Sequence record: MZ726792.1
Length of the DNA: 64,000 nt
Direction: 5' to 3' (one strand)
Source: Escherichia phage vB_EcoM_ASO1B
A program made the position numbers and the translations under genes. The notes under the pieces were generated by a model. It saw only the letters and a program-made list of their open reading frames with translations, was not told the origin of the DNA and searched no databases. Shown one piece after another: positions 14,741-32,399 of the stretch. Numbering within the stretch: position 1 is the first letter of the stretch; each line of letters opens with the position of its first letter.

Positions 14741-15314
14741 AAAAGGTCTAGTTAGAACCTTAGTGGATGTTATTGGTCACAGACTAGCTCGTGATAAGAA
14801 TAATAGACCAAATGTAATTAGAGCTTACCCTTCTGATAACTCAAATGACAAAGGTTTAAAACCTGACCAGCCATTTATTACCGTATATTGTCAAGATGCT
14901 GCAACACCTTATGGTTGGGTTCTTGATAAGTTTGTTGAGGATGATGTAGTTTGCTACAGAATTGCTTTTCAGATTCCTGTATTAATTACGGTGAATGGTA
15001 AAGGTGCTCACAGTATTATGCTTGAGCTTAAACAACGATTAGAGATGAGTTCAGTCAGAGATTTAATCCTTGAAGAAACAGGAGCTACAGTACTGGACAC
15101 TGGAGCTATCCCGAATGACTATACTTATCTCAATACAGATTTCGAAAATTCTGCACCTCTTGTTGTAACTCTTGTAAAAAACTCAGTCCTGAAGGATGAA
15201 CGTGGAAGTATTATTGAGCGTGTCATTGTTGATGGTGAGTTGGTTTATGAAGAAGGACAAGAGCCACCAGAATATACTATCCATCTAGATGTAGACTCCA
15301 AAGGGGTAAAATAA
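14715..15314 (+). CDS. hypothetical protein (199 aa), possibly tail completion
   Basis: ORF in track immediately upstream of the putative sheath gene. Confidence 0.45.
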   Translation: MQLETAELEKGLVRTLVDVIGHRLARDKNNRPNVIRAYPSDNSNDKGLKPDQPFITVYCQDAATPYGWVLDKFVEDDVVCYRIAFQIPVLITVNGKGAHSIMLELKQRLEMSSVRDLILEETGATVLDTGAIPNDYTYLNTDFENSAPLVVTLVKNSVLKDERGSIIERVIVDGELVYEEGQEPPEYTIHLDVDSKGVK

Positions 15315-16667
15315 ATGTGGAATCCAATTGTTAATGTAGATATTACATTGAACACCGCAGGAACTACAAGAGAAGGTTTTGGTTTGCCACTATTCTTAGC
15401 TTCAACAGATAATTTTGAAGAAAGAGTACGTGGTTACACTTCCTTAACTGAAGTTGCTGAAGATTTCGATGAAAACTCTGCTGCATATAAGGCTGCTAAA
15501 CAACTTTGGAGTCAGACTCCTAAAGTAACTCAGCTTTATATTGGTAGACGTGCTATGCAGTACACTGTATCAATTCCTGATGCCGTTACCGAAAGTACAG
15601 ACTACTCAATTACTGTAGCTGCTGGCGGTGGAATTTCTCAACCATACCAGTACACAGCACAAGATTCAGACACTGCTGAGGTAGTGTTGCAACAGTTTAA
15701 AACACAGATTGAAGCTGACCCAACAATCAAAGATAAGGTTTCTGTGAATGTAACTGGTAGCAATGGCTCTGCCACAATGATTATTACCAAAGCTGGTGAT
15801 AATGACTTTGTGAAAGTAACAACCACAGCACAGACTGTATACATTGCAAGTACAACTGCCGATACAGCATCAACTGCTCTGGCAGCTATCGAAGCTTATT
15901 CTACCGACTGGTATTTCATTGCAGCAGAAGACAGAACTCAACAGTTTGTCTTAGCAATGGCTTCTGAGATTCAGGCTCGTAAGAAAATCTTCTTTACGGC
16001 TAACTCCGATGTAACAGCCCTACAAGGTACAGAATTAGCCAGTGCAAATGATGTTCCAGCACAGCTTGCTAAGAATATGTACACTCGTACAGTTTGCTTG
16101 TGGCATCACGCAGCAGCAGAAGATTATCCAGAGATGGCATACATTGCTTATGGTGCTCCATATGATGCAGGCTCAATTGCTTGGGGTAATGCTCAGCTAA
16201 CTGGCGTAGCAGCTTCTCTACAACCATCTAATCAGAGACCTCTGACAAGTATTCAGAAGTCTGCTTTAGATGCACGTCACTGTAACTTTATTGACCTTGA
16301 TGGTGGTGTTCCAGTGGTTCGTAGAGGGATTACCTCTGGTGGGGAATGGATTGATATCATCCGTGGTGTTGACTGGTTAGAATCAGACCTGAAAACTTCT
16401 CTGAGAGACTTGCTAATTAACCAGAAGGGTGGTAAGATTACTTATGATGATACTGGTATTACTCGTATTCGTCAAGTCATTGAAACCTCTCTGCAAAGAG
16501 CAGTCAACAGAAACTTCCTGTCATCTTACACAGTTAATGTTCCTAAAGCCTCTCAAGTTGCTTTGGCAGACAAGAAAGCTCGTATCCTGAAAGATGTTAC
16601 CTTCGCAGGTATCTTAGCAGGGGCTATCTTGGATGTTGACTTGAAAGGTACAGTGGCTTACGAATAA
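15315..16667 (+). CDS. putative tail sheath protein
   Basis: 450 aa gene followed by a 148 aa tube-sized gene, chaperone pair and tape measure, the canonical contractile-tail order. Confidence 0.5.
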   Translation: MWNPIVNVDITLNTAGTTREGFGLPLFLASTDNFEERVRGYTSLTEVAEDFDENSAAYKAAKQLWSQTPKVTQLYIGRRAMQYTVSIPDAVTESTDYSITVAAGGGISQPYQYTAQDSDTAEVVLQQFKTQIEADPTIKDKVSVNVTGSNGSATMIITKAGDNDFVKVTTTAQTVYIASTTADTASTALAAIEAYSTDWYFIAAEDRTQQFVLAMASEIQARKKIFFTANSDVTALQGTELASANDVPAQLAKNMYTRTVCLWHHAAAEDYPEMAYIAYGAPYDAGSIAWGNAQLTGVAASLQPSNQRPLTSIQKSALDARHCNFIDLDGGVPVVRRGITSGGEWIDIIRGVDWLESDLKTSLRDLLINQKGGKITYDDTGITRIRQVIETSLQRAVNRNFLSSYTVNVPKASQVALADKKARILKDVTFAGILAGAILDVDLKGTVAYE

Positions 16668-16682
16668 TAGAGGTAAATTGGA

Positions 16683-17129
16683 ATGGCTATGTATCAGCAA
16701 TATTCCCCTAAAGACGTTGTATGTAGCTGGAATGGTATTGCCATTGAAGGCTTTGCCCCAGACTCATTTTTACGTCTACAGAGAACATCACCACTTATCA
16801 CACCAGTTGTAGGTGCAGGTGGTCAGGTTGCTCTGACAAGAAATGCAGACAAGACAGGTACTATTGAGATTGAGCTAATGCAGACTTCTCTCTCTAACCA
16901 GATGCTTTCTGCAATTCAAGCTAAACAAGACAACATGGAACTTGAAGAAGATATCTCTTCTAACTTCGTAATCTACGACCCATCAGGCTCTGTTCTGGCA
17001 ACTGGTATTAATGCTTGGTTGCAGGAATTACCACAGATTGAACTTGGGCGTGACCAGAACTCTAAAACTTGGATTTTTGGTTGTGAGAAGCTAGACTATA
17101 CTTCAACAATTCCAGCGTCAAGTGTTTAA
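16683..17129 (+). CDS. putative tail tube protein
   Basis: 148 aa, between sheath-sized gene and chaperones; followed by a strong terminator. Confidence 0.5.
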   Translation: MAMYQQYSPKDVVCSWNGIAIEGFAPDSFLRLQRTSPLITPVVGAGGQVALTRNADKTGTIEIELMQTSLSNQMLSAIQAKQDNMELEEDISSNFVIYDPSGSVLATGINAWLQELPQIELGRDQNSKTWIFGCEKLDYTSTIPASSV

Positions 17130-17142
17130 TAAATCCTATAAG

Positions 17143-17175
17143 GGGGAGACTTTAAAAGGTCTTCCCCTTTTTTGT
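17143..17175 (+). terminator. rho-independent terminator after tail tube gene
   Basis: GGGGGAGAC-TTTAAAAG-GTCTTCCCC followed by TTTTTT. Confidence 0.7.
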
Positions 17176-17201
17176 TTCTTTTAAAGTATTAAGGAATCAC
17201 A

Positions 17202-17600
17202 ATGAAAACAGAATCTAGAGTAATTAATGGTAAGAAAGTAAATATCGTTCTGCTTGGGGCAAGAGATGGTATTAAGATGTCTATGAAGTTGGGTAAAATT
17301 GTTGTTCCAACCTTTGCACAGATGCTATCAAGTCTGACTGATAAAGATAAGAAAGAAGCTCCAATGGTTCCATTTAAAGACCTTGTTGAAGCTTGTTTTG
17401 ACAGAATTGAAGAAATTAACCTTGAAGAGATGGCTACCTTATTATTTCAAGGGGCAACTGTTGACGACTTCCCACTTAATATTGATACGTACTTCCAAGC
17501 AAACTACGGTGAGTTTATTGATTACTTAGCATTTGCGCTGGAGGCAAACTTCGGAAGTTTTTTCGAAGCAAGCATTTTCAAAAGCCTAACTTCTCAGTAA
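17202..17600 (+). CDS. tail assembly chaperone (G-like)
   Basis: 132 aa acidic ORF directly upstream of tape measure; slippery heptamer T-TTT-TTC at 17558-17564 in the correct phase. Confidence 0.55.
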   Translation: MKTESRVINGKKVNIVLLGARDGIKMSMKLGKIVVPTFAQMLSSLTDKDKKEAPMVPFKDLVEACFDRIEEINLEEMATLLFQGATVDDFPLNIDTYFQANYGEFIDYLAFALEANFGSFFEASIFKSLTSQ

Positions 17601-17602
17601 AC

Positions 17603-17841
17603 ATGGGTAACACTCTACAGACACCACTAACTGATGCTGCTGTAGAGGCAACCTATGAAGAAGCAGACGAGATGAAATTTGTGCTTGCTATTTATGGTAT
17701 GGAAGGGTGTAAAGAAACACTTGACCAACTCTTTGCTATGACATTCTCTGATTTATTATCATTGAGACAATTTCTTGAGATTCAGAGGTCGTATAAAGAG
17801 GAAATTGCTTACAACGAACTTAGAAGAGCAGGAAAAATGTA

Positions 17842-17842
<1 letters not shown>
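17603..17842 (+). CDS. tail assembly chaperone frameshift extension (GT-like -1 frame ORF)
   Basis: ORF lies in the -1 frame relative to 17202-17600; the -1 frame is open from 17564 through ATG 17603. Confidence 0.5.
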
Positions 17843-25858
<8,016 letters not shown>

Positions 25859-25860
25859 TA

Positions 25861-27048
25861 ATGGCAGTAGGTGAAATTCAAATTAGTGCCTTGCCTCAAG
25901 CAGCCTTACCAATTGACCTTAGTGATATCTTCCATCTTAAACAAGGTATTGAGGATAAGAGATGCACTCTTGAGCAATTACTTGCTCCACACTCAAGCCT
26001 AAGAAATAACCCTCATGGTGTTACTAAAACACAAATTGGTTTAGATAACGTTATCAATGCTCTTCAGTTAGTTGCTGCAAATAACTTATCAGACGTTACT
26101 AATGTAGCTGAGGCAAGAGCAAATCTACAGATTATGTCTTCAGAAGAGGTTAATAACCTTGTCCAGCAACATATCAAGGACAAGAGTAACCCACACAATA
26201 CAACTAAGGCACAGGTTGGTTTAAGTAATGTTCAGAACTGGACAACATCTAATCTGTATAACGAAGATGCAGATAAGTATGCTACAGCAAGAGCAGTAAA
26301 TAACTTGTACAAGGCTGTTCAGGCTTCTTATCCAGTAGGTACTATCCATCTTTCTATGAACTCTGCAAACCCTTCTACATACTTAATTTGTGGAGGTACT
26401 TGGGAGTTAGTTTCAAAAGGTAGAGCATTGGTTGGTTATGACTCTGACACAAGACCAGCAGGTTCTGTATTTGGTGCTTCAACTGTCACTTTGTCAGTTA
26501 ATAACATGCCTCAACACTCTCACTCTGTGTCTCTTAGTGGTGGTGGTCATACTCATAATGCAACGGTGTCAATTTCAGCTTTTGACTATGGGACTAAGAC
26601 TACCAACTCTTTTGACTATGGAACTAAGACCACTAACACAACTGGTAACCACAACCATGTTGGTAGTGGGTCAACAAGTTCTGCTGGTGCTCATAACCAC
26701 AGATTGACCTATGAATCAGGTGGTGGTTTATCGGAAAGACCTGCAATGGTTTGGTCTTCAAGGAATGACCAATCATGGTACTCAGCAGATGCTGTCTGTG
26801 AAGTAGCTGGTGCACACACTCACTCTTTCAGTGTTACCACTAACACAACTGGTAACCACAACCATACGGTTGGTATTGGTGCTCATAGCCACACAGTTGG
26901 TATTGGTTCGCATACACATAATGGTACTGTAACAGTTTCTTCTTCTGAACATACGCATAGCGGGAACACTAATAGTGTTGGTGGAGGACAAGCTTTCAAC
27001 ATTGAGCAGCCATCCTTCGTACTGTATGTATGGCAGAGAACAGCTTAA
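25861..27048 (+). CDS. tail fibre protein with His-rich HxH repeat tip
   Basis: Repeated GNHNH/AHTHS/GAHSHTVGIG motifs and conserved C-terminal end (YVWQRTA); internal tandem duplication SFDYGTKTTN x2. Confidence 0.7.
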   Translation: MAVGEIQISALPQAALPIDLSDIFHLKQGIEDKRCTLEQLLAPHSSLRNNPHGVTKTQIGLDNVINALQLVAANNLSDVTNVAEARANLQIMSSEEVNNLVQQHIKDKSNPHNTTKAQVGLSNVQNWTTSNLYNEDADKYATARAVNNLYKAVQASYPVGTIHLSMNSANPSTYLICGGTWELVSKGRALVGYDSDTRPAGSVFGASTVTLSVNNMPQHSHSVSLSGGGHTHNATVSISAFDYGTKTTNSFDYGTKTTNTTGNHNHVGSGSTSSAGAHNHRLTYESGGGLSERPAMVWSSRNDQSWYSADAVCEVAGAHTHSFSVTTNTTGNHNHTVGIGAHSHTVGIGSHTHNGTVTVSSSEHTHSGNTNSVGGGQAFNIEQPSFVLYVWQRTA

Positions 27049-27057
27049 TTTCTTTAC

Positions 27058-27079
27058 AGGGGCTTGATAGCCCCTTTTA
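27058..27079 (+). terminator. rho-independent terminator after tail fibre 1
   Basis: AGGGGCT-TGAT-AGCCCCT followed by TTTT. Confidence 0.6.
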
Positions 27080-27094
27080 AGAGGAAAATTTATA

Positions 27095-29485
27095 ATGGCA
27101 GATTACAAGTTGAGTGAATTAAACTCAATCGATACAATCCGTTCAGATGACCTTCTTCATGTCAGGGTTAAAAAGAGACCTGAAATGCTAGGTGATGAAG
27201 ACCGTCGAATGACCTATCAAGATTTCTTAGCATCTTTTAAACTTGAAAGATTTGTTCAGATTGCTGGTAGTACTATGACGGGTGACTTAGGGATTGTTAA
27301 GTTACTCTATGGTGGCAAGGCAGTATTTGACCCAACAGGTTCTTCTGAGATTACTATTGGGGATGTTTTAAAGACTTTTAAAATCAACGCAAATGGCCTT
27401 AAACTAACTATCGCAGATGCTTCAAGGTCAGCAACTGTTTATCATACTCTGAATAAACCAAGCCCTAATGAACTTGGTATGAGAACTAATAAAGAGAATG
27501 ATGCAAGATACTCAAAATTAGCTGTAAATAATACCTTTAGAGGTACTCAAGCTATCCTCTCTGACAATGAAGCGCTCATTATTAAAAATATCACTCAAGG
27601 TGCCCCACTCTATCTTCGTGGTCAAGATGCAGATGGTACTAACAGATGGTATCTAGGTAATGATAATAGGGGCACAAATAATCTTGTATTGAAGAATGTA
27701 AAGTCTGACGTTTCAATTGCTATTTTAGAGAATTTGGTGACAGTCAACAGAACTCTTCAAATTGCTGGCCAAGTTCAGCCTTCAAGTTTTGCTAACTTAG
27801 ATGCTAGGTATTTTACCCAGACAGCAGCTAATCAGAGATTTGCGCAGTTAGCTGGTAATAACACTTTTACTGGTACTAACACTTTCTCTAATTTTGTTGC
27901 TAAGAAGAATGCTGAAGCCATCACTCTACAAAATGTGGACACTGCCCCCTCTTTATATATTCGAGCAAGAAAGTCAGATGGGAATTATAAGTGGTACATT
28001 GGTAATGACGGTGATGAGAACATTTTAAAAATCTATAACTATCTAACAAAAACACAAGTCTCACTAGGTAACACTATTGCCATGAGCAAAACAGTTCAAA
28101 TTGATGGTCAAGTACAACCTTCTGATTGGACTAACATTGATTCTAGATATATTCCGGCAGCCACTTTGAGTAATCTCCCTAAACTTAATGTGTCTAATAC
28201 TTTCACAAATGTGCAAACTATTGTATCTAACAACGAGGGTTTGGTATTAAGGAACTTGACACAGGGGCGGCCACTATATATCCGTGGTGTTGATACTGAG
28301 AATGTTTCTAGATGGTGGTTAGGTGTAGGTGGTTCAAACTCTAATGTGGTAACACTTAACAACAACTATTCTAACACTAAAATCGCACTTGGTGGCTCAT
28401 CAGTAATGACTAACAAGAGCTTAGCTATTACTGGTCAAGTACAACCTTCTGACTTCTCTAACTTAGATGCTAGATACTATACCCAAGCTGCCGCAAACGC
28501 AAGATATATGCTTGCAAGCATCACTGGTTCGGCTTCTGAAGCAGATGGTGGTGGTGGTGTTGCATGGGATGCAAAAACAGGTCTTTATAAGGTTACTAAC
28601 ACCACTGGACGGTATTCTTCACTTGTATATCACATGTTTTTAGGGACTGGTTCTACACCGTCTGCACAATTAAAGTTTTCGTTTAAAAATGGTGGGATGT
28701 GGTATAGAGCATCAAGAGATGCCTATGGCTTCGAAGTTAATTGGTCTAAAGTTTACACGGAAGCACAAAAACCAACCCCTTCAGAGATTGGTGCATACAC
28801 TAAAGCTGAAACTGACCAGAAAATTGCAACAGCAATTAGTGACTCTACAGACCTTAATAAAATCTATCCAGTAGGTATTGTGACATGGTTTAACAGCAAT
28901 GTTGACCCTAATACAGCACTTCCTGGTCTAACTTGGACGTACCTGAACAATGGTGTTGGTAGAACTATCAGAATTGCAGCAGCAAACGGTTCAGATGTTG
29001 CTACAACTGGTGGTTCAGATTCTGTGACGTTAGCTGTTGGTAACTTACCATCACACACCCATAGTTTCTCTGCTACCACTTCATCTTTTGATTATGGTAC
29101 GAAGAACACTAATAGCACTGGTGGTCATACTCACTCTGTAAGTGGTACAACAAGTGCTGCTGGTAACCACGCTCACCACTTAGGTCTGTTATTGGTTAAT
29201 GGTGGTGATGCTCAGTATGGTTACACAACTGTTAGCAACAGCAAGACAAGAACTCTTGACTGGCTTGATAGAAAAGATAACAAATTCCCTAACACTAACA
29301 CAACTGGTAACCATACACACACATGGTCTGGTACTACAAGTAACACTGGTGCTCACACCCACTCTGTAGGTATCGGTGCTCACACTCATACAGTTAGTGG
29401 TAACACTGGTGGTACAGGTTCTGGTTCAGCATTCAGTGTTACTAACCAGTTCTACAAGTTAATGGCTTGGGTAAGAACTGCTTAA
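27095..29485 (+). CDS. long tail fibre protein with three internal ~100-aa repeats and paralogous His-rich tip
   Basis: Repeats beginning GQVQPS(D/S)..N(L/I)D(A/S)RY three times; C-terminus GNHTHTWSG...GAHTHSVGIGAHTHTVSG...MAWVRTA parallels fibre 1. Confidence 0.7.
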   Translation: MADYKLSELNSIDTIRSDDLLHVRVKKRPEMLGDEDRRMTYQDFLASFKLERFVQIAGSTMTGDLGIVKLLYGGKAVFDPTGSSEITIGDVLKTFKINANGLKLTIADASRSATVYHTLNKPSPNELGMRTNKENDARYSKLAVNNTFRGTQAILSDNEALIIKNITQGAPLYLRGQDADGTNRWYLGNDNRGTNNLVLKNVKSDVSIAILENLVTVNRTLQIAGQVQPSSFANLDARYFTQTAANQRFAQLAGNNTFTGTNTFSNFVAKKNAEAITLQNVDTAPSLYIRARKSDGNYKWYIGNDGDENILKIYNYLTKTQVSLGNTIAMSKTVQIDGQVQPSDWTNIDSRYIPAATLSNLPKLNVSNTFTNVQTIVSNNEGLVLRNLTQGRPLYIRGVDTENVSRWWLGVGGSNSNVVTLNNNYSNTKIALGGSSVMTNKSLAITGQVQPSDFSNLDARYYTQAAANARYMLASITGSASEADGGGGVAWDAKTGLYKVTNTTGRYSSLVYHMFLGTGSTPSAQLKFSFKNGGMWYRASRDAYGFEVNWSKVYTEAQKPTPSEIGAYTKAETDQKIATAISDSTDLNKIYPVGIVTWFNSNVDPNTALPGLTWTYLNNGVGRTIRIAAANGSDVATTGGSDSVTLAVGNLPSHTHSFSATTSSFDYGTKNTNSTGGHTHSVSGTTSAAGNHAHHLGLLLVNGGDAQYGYTTVSNSKTRTLDWLDRKDNKFPNTNTTGNHTHTWSGTTSNTGAHTHSVGIGAHTHTVSGNTGGTGSGSAFSVTNQFYKLMAWVRTA

Positions 29486-29492
29486 TCCCTTG

Positions 29493-29521
29493 TTGACTGA
29501 TTGTTAAGATGGTGTTAATAT
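29493..29521 (+). promoter_or_regulatory. sigma70-like promoter (TTGACT-17-TAATAT)
   Basis: TTGACT 29493-29498, TAATAT 29516-29521, upstream of 29565 gene. Confidence 0.45.
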
Positions 29522-29564
29522 TCTTTATGGGTATTCTCACCATCTTGGCTGATGAGGTGATTAA

Positions 29565-29762
29565 ATGCCTACAATCCTAGCAATTCTTCTAAAAAATCTA
29601 GGTAGCTTCTTCTGGAAACTCATTTTATCCCTTCTAAGTGAATACATGATTGAGAAAGTGTTCTTTAGGCTTGCAAGATACCTTGCGAGTAAAACAGACA
29701 CACCTATTGATGATGAGTTCGTAGATAACTTAGAAAAAGCTTTTAAGGGGGAGAATAAATGA
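29565..29762 (+). CDS. small membrane protein (65 aa), holin-like topology
   Basis: N-terminal hydrophobic segment, GAGGTG ribosome-binding site; no adjacent endolysin identified. Confidence 0.4.
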   Translation: MPTILAILLKNLGSFFWKLILSLLSEYMIEKVFFRLARYLASKTDTPIDDEFVDNLEKAFKGENK

Positions 29763-30130
29763 AGTGGCTAGAGGAAGCTTTTAAAAATAATATTGGTGCA
29801 ATTGTTGTTGGTATTTTTAGTGTTATTGGGATGTATACCACTATGCAAGTTTCAAGTGGTAAGCAAGAAGTGTCTGTCACAACAAAGTTACAGCAGCTAG
29901 ATAATTATTCCAAAAGTAACTATTCAGCTATTCGTGATTTACAGTCTGACATGAGACTGATTCAGCTAGGGATGGAGAACCAGAAAGTTCAGTTAGAGAA
30001 CGTTAAGGGTGAGAATGCAAAACTTACCAAAACTCTTGATAAATTCTCTGACAGTGTGAATAATCTGGCTCAATCAGTATCAGCCTTGCAAGCTATTACT
30101 GAAAAGAACACAAAGAATACTGAAAAATAA
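29759..30130 (+). CDS. membrane-anchored coiled-coil protein (123 aa)
   Basis: Hydrophobic segment IGAIVVGIFSVIGMY followed by heptad-like coiled-coil sequence. Confidence 0.45.
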   Translation: MKWLEEAFKNNIGAIVVGIFSVIGMYTTMQVSSGKQEVSVTTKLQQLDNYSKSNYSAIRDLQSDMRLIQLGMENQKVQLENVKGENAKLTKTLDKFSDSVNNLAQSVSALQAITEKNTKNTEK

Positions 30131-30137
30131 AGTTTAA

Positions 30138-30164
30138 GGCTCCTTTTTACGGGAGCCTTTTTTG
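30138..30164 (+). terminator. terminator hairpin between convergent genes
   Basis: GGCTCC-loop-GGAGCC followed by TTTTTT; sits between the 3' ends of + and - strand blocks. Confidence 0.6.
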
Positions 30165-30166
30165 TT

Positions 30167-31066
30167 TTACTTGCCTACTGACAGAGGTGCTTCAATCTTC
30201 CCTGCATGTTGGTAGTTGTTAATTCCACCAATAAAGTCACTTGCAGTAAGATGTTTTAAGTCACTTAAAGTGTTAAGCTGTACACCAATCTCAAAAGTAG
30301 GTGCATGGAACTCTTCATTGTTCATCAGTTCATAAACCTGCTTCATATGGTTCTGATAAATCTGAGTATCTCCAAAGACACCTATCAAGTACCGTGGAGT
30401 GTATCCAGTCATCTTGCAAAGAACTTCCAGAATAAAACCATAAGACGCAATATTAAATGGAAGTCCTAAAAAGGTGTCTACAGAACGTTGATACCATTGT
30501 AAGTCAACTTCACCTTCATTAGTGATATAAATCTGAAACAGAACATGACAAGGTGCTAAAGCCATTGAGTTTGCTGCAATATCTGCTGCATTCCAAGCAT
30601 TAACAAGCATGTAACGGTCTGTGATATCACCCTTCATCTTCGTTACTAAGGCCTCTAACTGGTCTACAACACAACCATTATGACCTTCGAAGTTTCTCCA
30701 CTGAACCCCGTAGATTCTCCCACCTGCATCTTCTAACCAGTCTTGCTCAGAAGAATAGTTAGAGCTTAACCAACGTTTAAAATCATCTGACCAGATGGTC
30801 CAACGTTCTCCATCATTTTCACCCCAAGTGCGATAACGGAGTTCACCAAGTTTATTCTCACCATTCAGGAACCATAAAGCTTCCCCAATAACTTGCCGTG
30901 TAAACACCTGTTTAGATGTTAAGAGTGGGAAACCAGTTCTCATATCAAAACGAAACTGTGGTGGAGCAAATGCAGAGATAACATCCCCAGTTCGTGTAGT
31001 ACGCAGTTCACCAACGGATAAAACATGGTTCAGGATATTTTTGTAACTCAAATCAGCTTGTGACAT
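30167..31066 (-). CDS. thyA: thymidylate synthase (ThyA family)
   Basis: Motifs FPLLTSKQV, LWFLNG, YGVQWRNF, APCHVLFQIY (catalytic Cys), QRSVDTFLGLPFNIASYG, GDTQIYQNH; adjacent to DHFR. Confidence 0.85.
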   Translation of the reverse strand: MSQADLSYKNILNHVLSVGELRTTRTGDVISAFAPPQFRFDMRTGFPLLTSKQVFTRQVIGEALWFLNGENKLGELRYRTWGENDGERWTIWSDDFKRWLSSNYSSEQDWLEDAGGRIYGVQWRNFEGHNGCVVDQLEALVTKMKGDITDRYMLVNAWNAADIAANSMALAPCHVLFQIYITNEGEVDLQWYQRSVDTFLGLPFNIASYGFILEVLCKMTGYTPRYLIGVFGDTQIYQNHMKQVYELMNNEEFHAPTFEIGVQLNTLSDLKHLTASDFIGGINNYQHAGKIEAPLSVGK

Positions 31067-31067
31067 A

Positions 31068-31613
31068 TCAAAAGTGTCCTTTTACTTGTGGAACATAAAT
31101 TTCAAAAGTTGCTTTACCATCCTCTGATGGTTTTGACTGTACCTTTGTAAATACACGGTTATCATACAGCTTCTCAAAGAAGTTTTCAAAAGGTAAATGC
31201 ACAGTGGCCTCTTCAGTAACTTTATGGAAGACTGTATGGAACACCACACCAGCATACGGTAAAGCATTGACAAGGACACCTGCACCACCAATTACAAAGA
31301 CATCTTCATCAATAGAACTATCAAGATACTTCAAAAATGCTCCAAAGGATTCTTTGTTGGCCTTAGCATACATTACATCATCTTTGCCAAAATCTATGCC
31401 TAAGTATGGTACAGAATTTGTTAAGATGAGATTTGCACGTTCTGGTAAAGGTTTACTCCCCAGAGTCTTGAAAGTCTCATTACCCATCACTACTAAGTTA
31501 TTTTTAGTGAGTCTCTTAAACTCTTGCATGTCCTGTTTATGTCGAGGCCACGGCATACCAGTTGGAGTACCAAACTCTCCATTTTCACCACTTGCAAAGA
31601 TTAATTTAATCAT
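31068..31613 (-). CDS. folA: dihydrofolate reductase
   Basis: 181 aa with GMPW, VVMGNETFKTL and VIGGAGV motifs in DHFR-typical spacing. Confidence 0.8.
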   Translation of the reverse strand: MIKLIFASGENGEFGTPTGMPWPRHKQDMQEFKRLTKNNLVVMGNETFKTLGSKPLPERANLILTNSVPYLGIDFGKDDVMYAKANKESFGAFLKYLDSSIDEDVFVIGGAGVLVNALPYAGVVFHTVFHKVTEEATVHLPFENFFEKLYDNRVFTKVQSKPSEDGKATFEIYVPQVKGHF

Positions 31614-31870
31614 TTTGTAAACCCTCTCTTAATGAACCAGTTGATAACATTCTTCACAGCTTTATTGCTATGGTAGATTAAGTGCGGTGTAGGTTGGTAT
31701 GAACCATAAGCCCAGAAAGCAATGATTTCACTACACCCTGTACACCTTGTGCTCTCTTCAGCAATATGACCGTTGACTATTTCACTCACCTCACCTTGCA
31801 AGTCTGTACACCCACAATGTGGACAACGTATAGGTGTTCCATCAGACTCATAGCAGTATTCAATTTTCAT
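31610..31870 (-). CDS. small Zn-ribbon protein (86 aa)
   Basis: CPHCGC ... CTGC cysteine pairs. Confidence 0.5.
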   Translation of the reverse strand: MKIEYCYESDGTPIRCPHCGCTDLQGEVSEIVNGHIAEESTRCTGCSEIIAFWAYGSYQPTPHLIYHSNKAVKNVINWFIKRGFTK

Positions 31871-32392
31871 CTATTTAACCTCAAAAACTGGCTCAAGAAC
31901 CAATATAAAGTCTACACAGTCATCTTCTTCATCCAGAATACCATCAAAGTTCTTAGGAACGAAGTCGAAGAGGCTCATAACAAAACAGTCAGAAGTGACC
32001 TTGATAGTTCCTCCCATGTTCTCTACAGTCAACACTGTACGACTTTCTTTTACCTCCCTCAGAAGATTACCCACAAAGTCATCTAAGAAGTACTTCATCA
32101 GTGACTTAAAACCTTTAGGGTAATCTGTACCAGAGTATGTTTCAATCTGAGGCACAAGCTTAACATTTATACTAGTCTTTGTTAAGAACGTGTTAGAGAA
32201 CATGCTATCAGGTAACTTACAAACAGTCTTTCCAGTACCTTCATGCTCAATCTCAACAAAACCAGCTTCATCGCCACATGTAACTATTTTAAAAGATGCT
32301 TCATTCTCATACTGTGAAGCCATAAACTTTTTAAGCATCTCTTTAAGGAAATCTGCATGAGCATCTTGTAAGTAGATATCAATCATAATCAA
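31871..32392 (-). CDS. hypothetical protein (173 aa)
   Basis: ORF in track, co-oriented early block. Confidence 0.5.
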   Translation of the reverse strand: MIMIDIYLQDAHADFLKEMLKKFMASQYENEASFKIVTCGDEAGFVEIEHEGTGKTVCKLPDSMFSNTFLTKTSINVKLVPQIETYSGTDYPKGFKSLMKYFLDDFVGNLLREVKESRTVLTVENMGGTIKVTSDCFVMSLFDFVPKNFDGILDEEDDCVDFILVLEPVFEVK

Positions 32393-32399
32393 TCACCTA

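Noticed and set aside
30167-31066. ThyA homologue as a dCMP hydroxymethylase (T4 gp42-like)
   Set aside because: The specificity-determining residue in GDTQIYQNH is Asn (dUMP-type), and a DHFR gene is adjacent, which fits dihydrofolate-producing thymidylate synthase; kept as a low-interest note only.
31204-31620. 138-aa + strand ORF
   Set aside because: Antisense to the DHFR gene, which has clear DHFR motifs.
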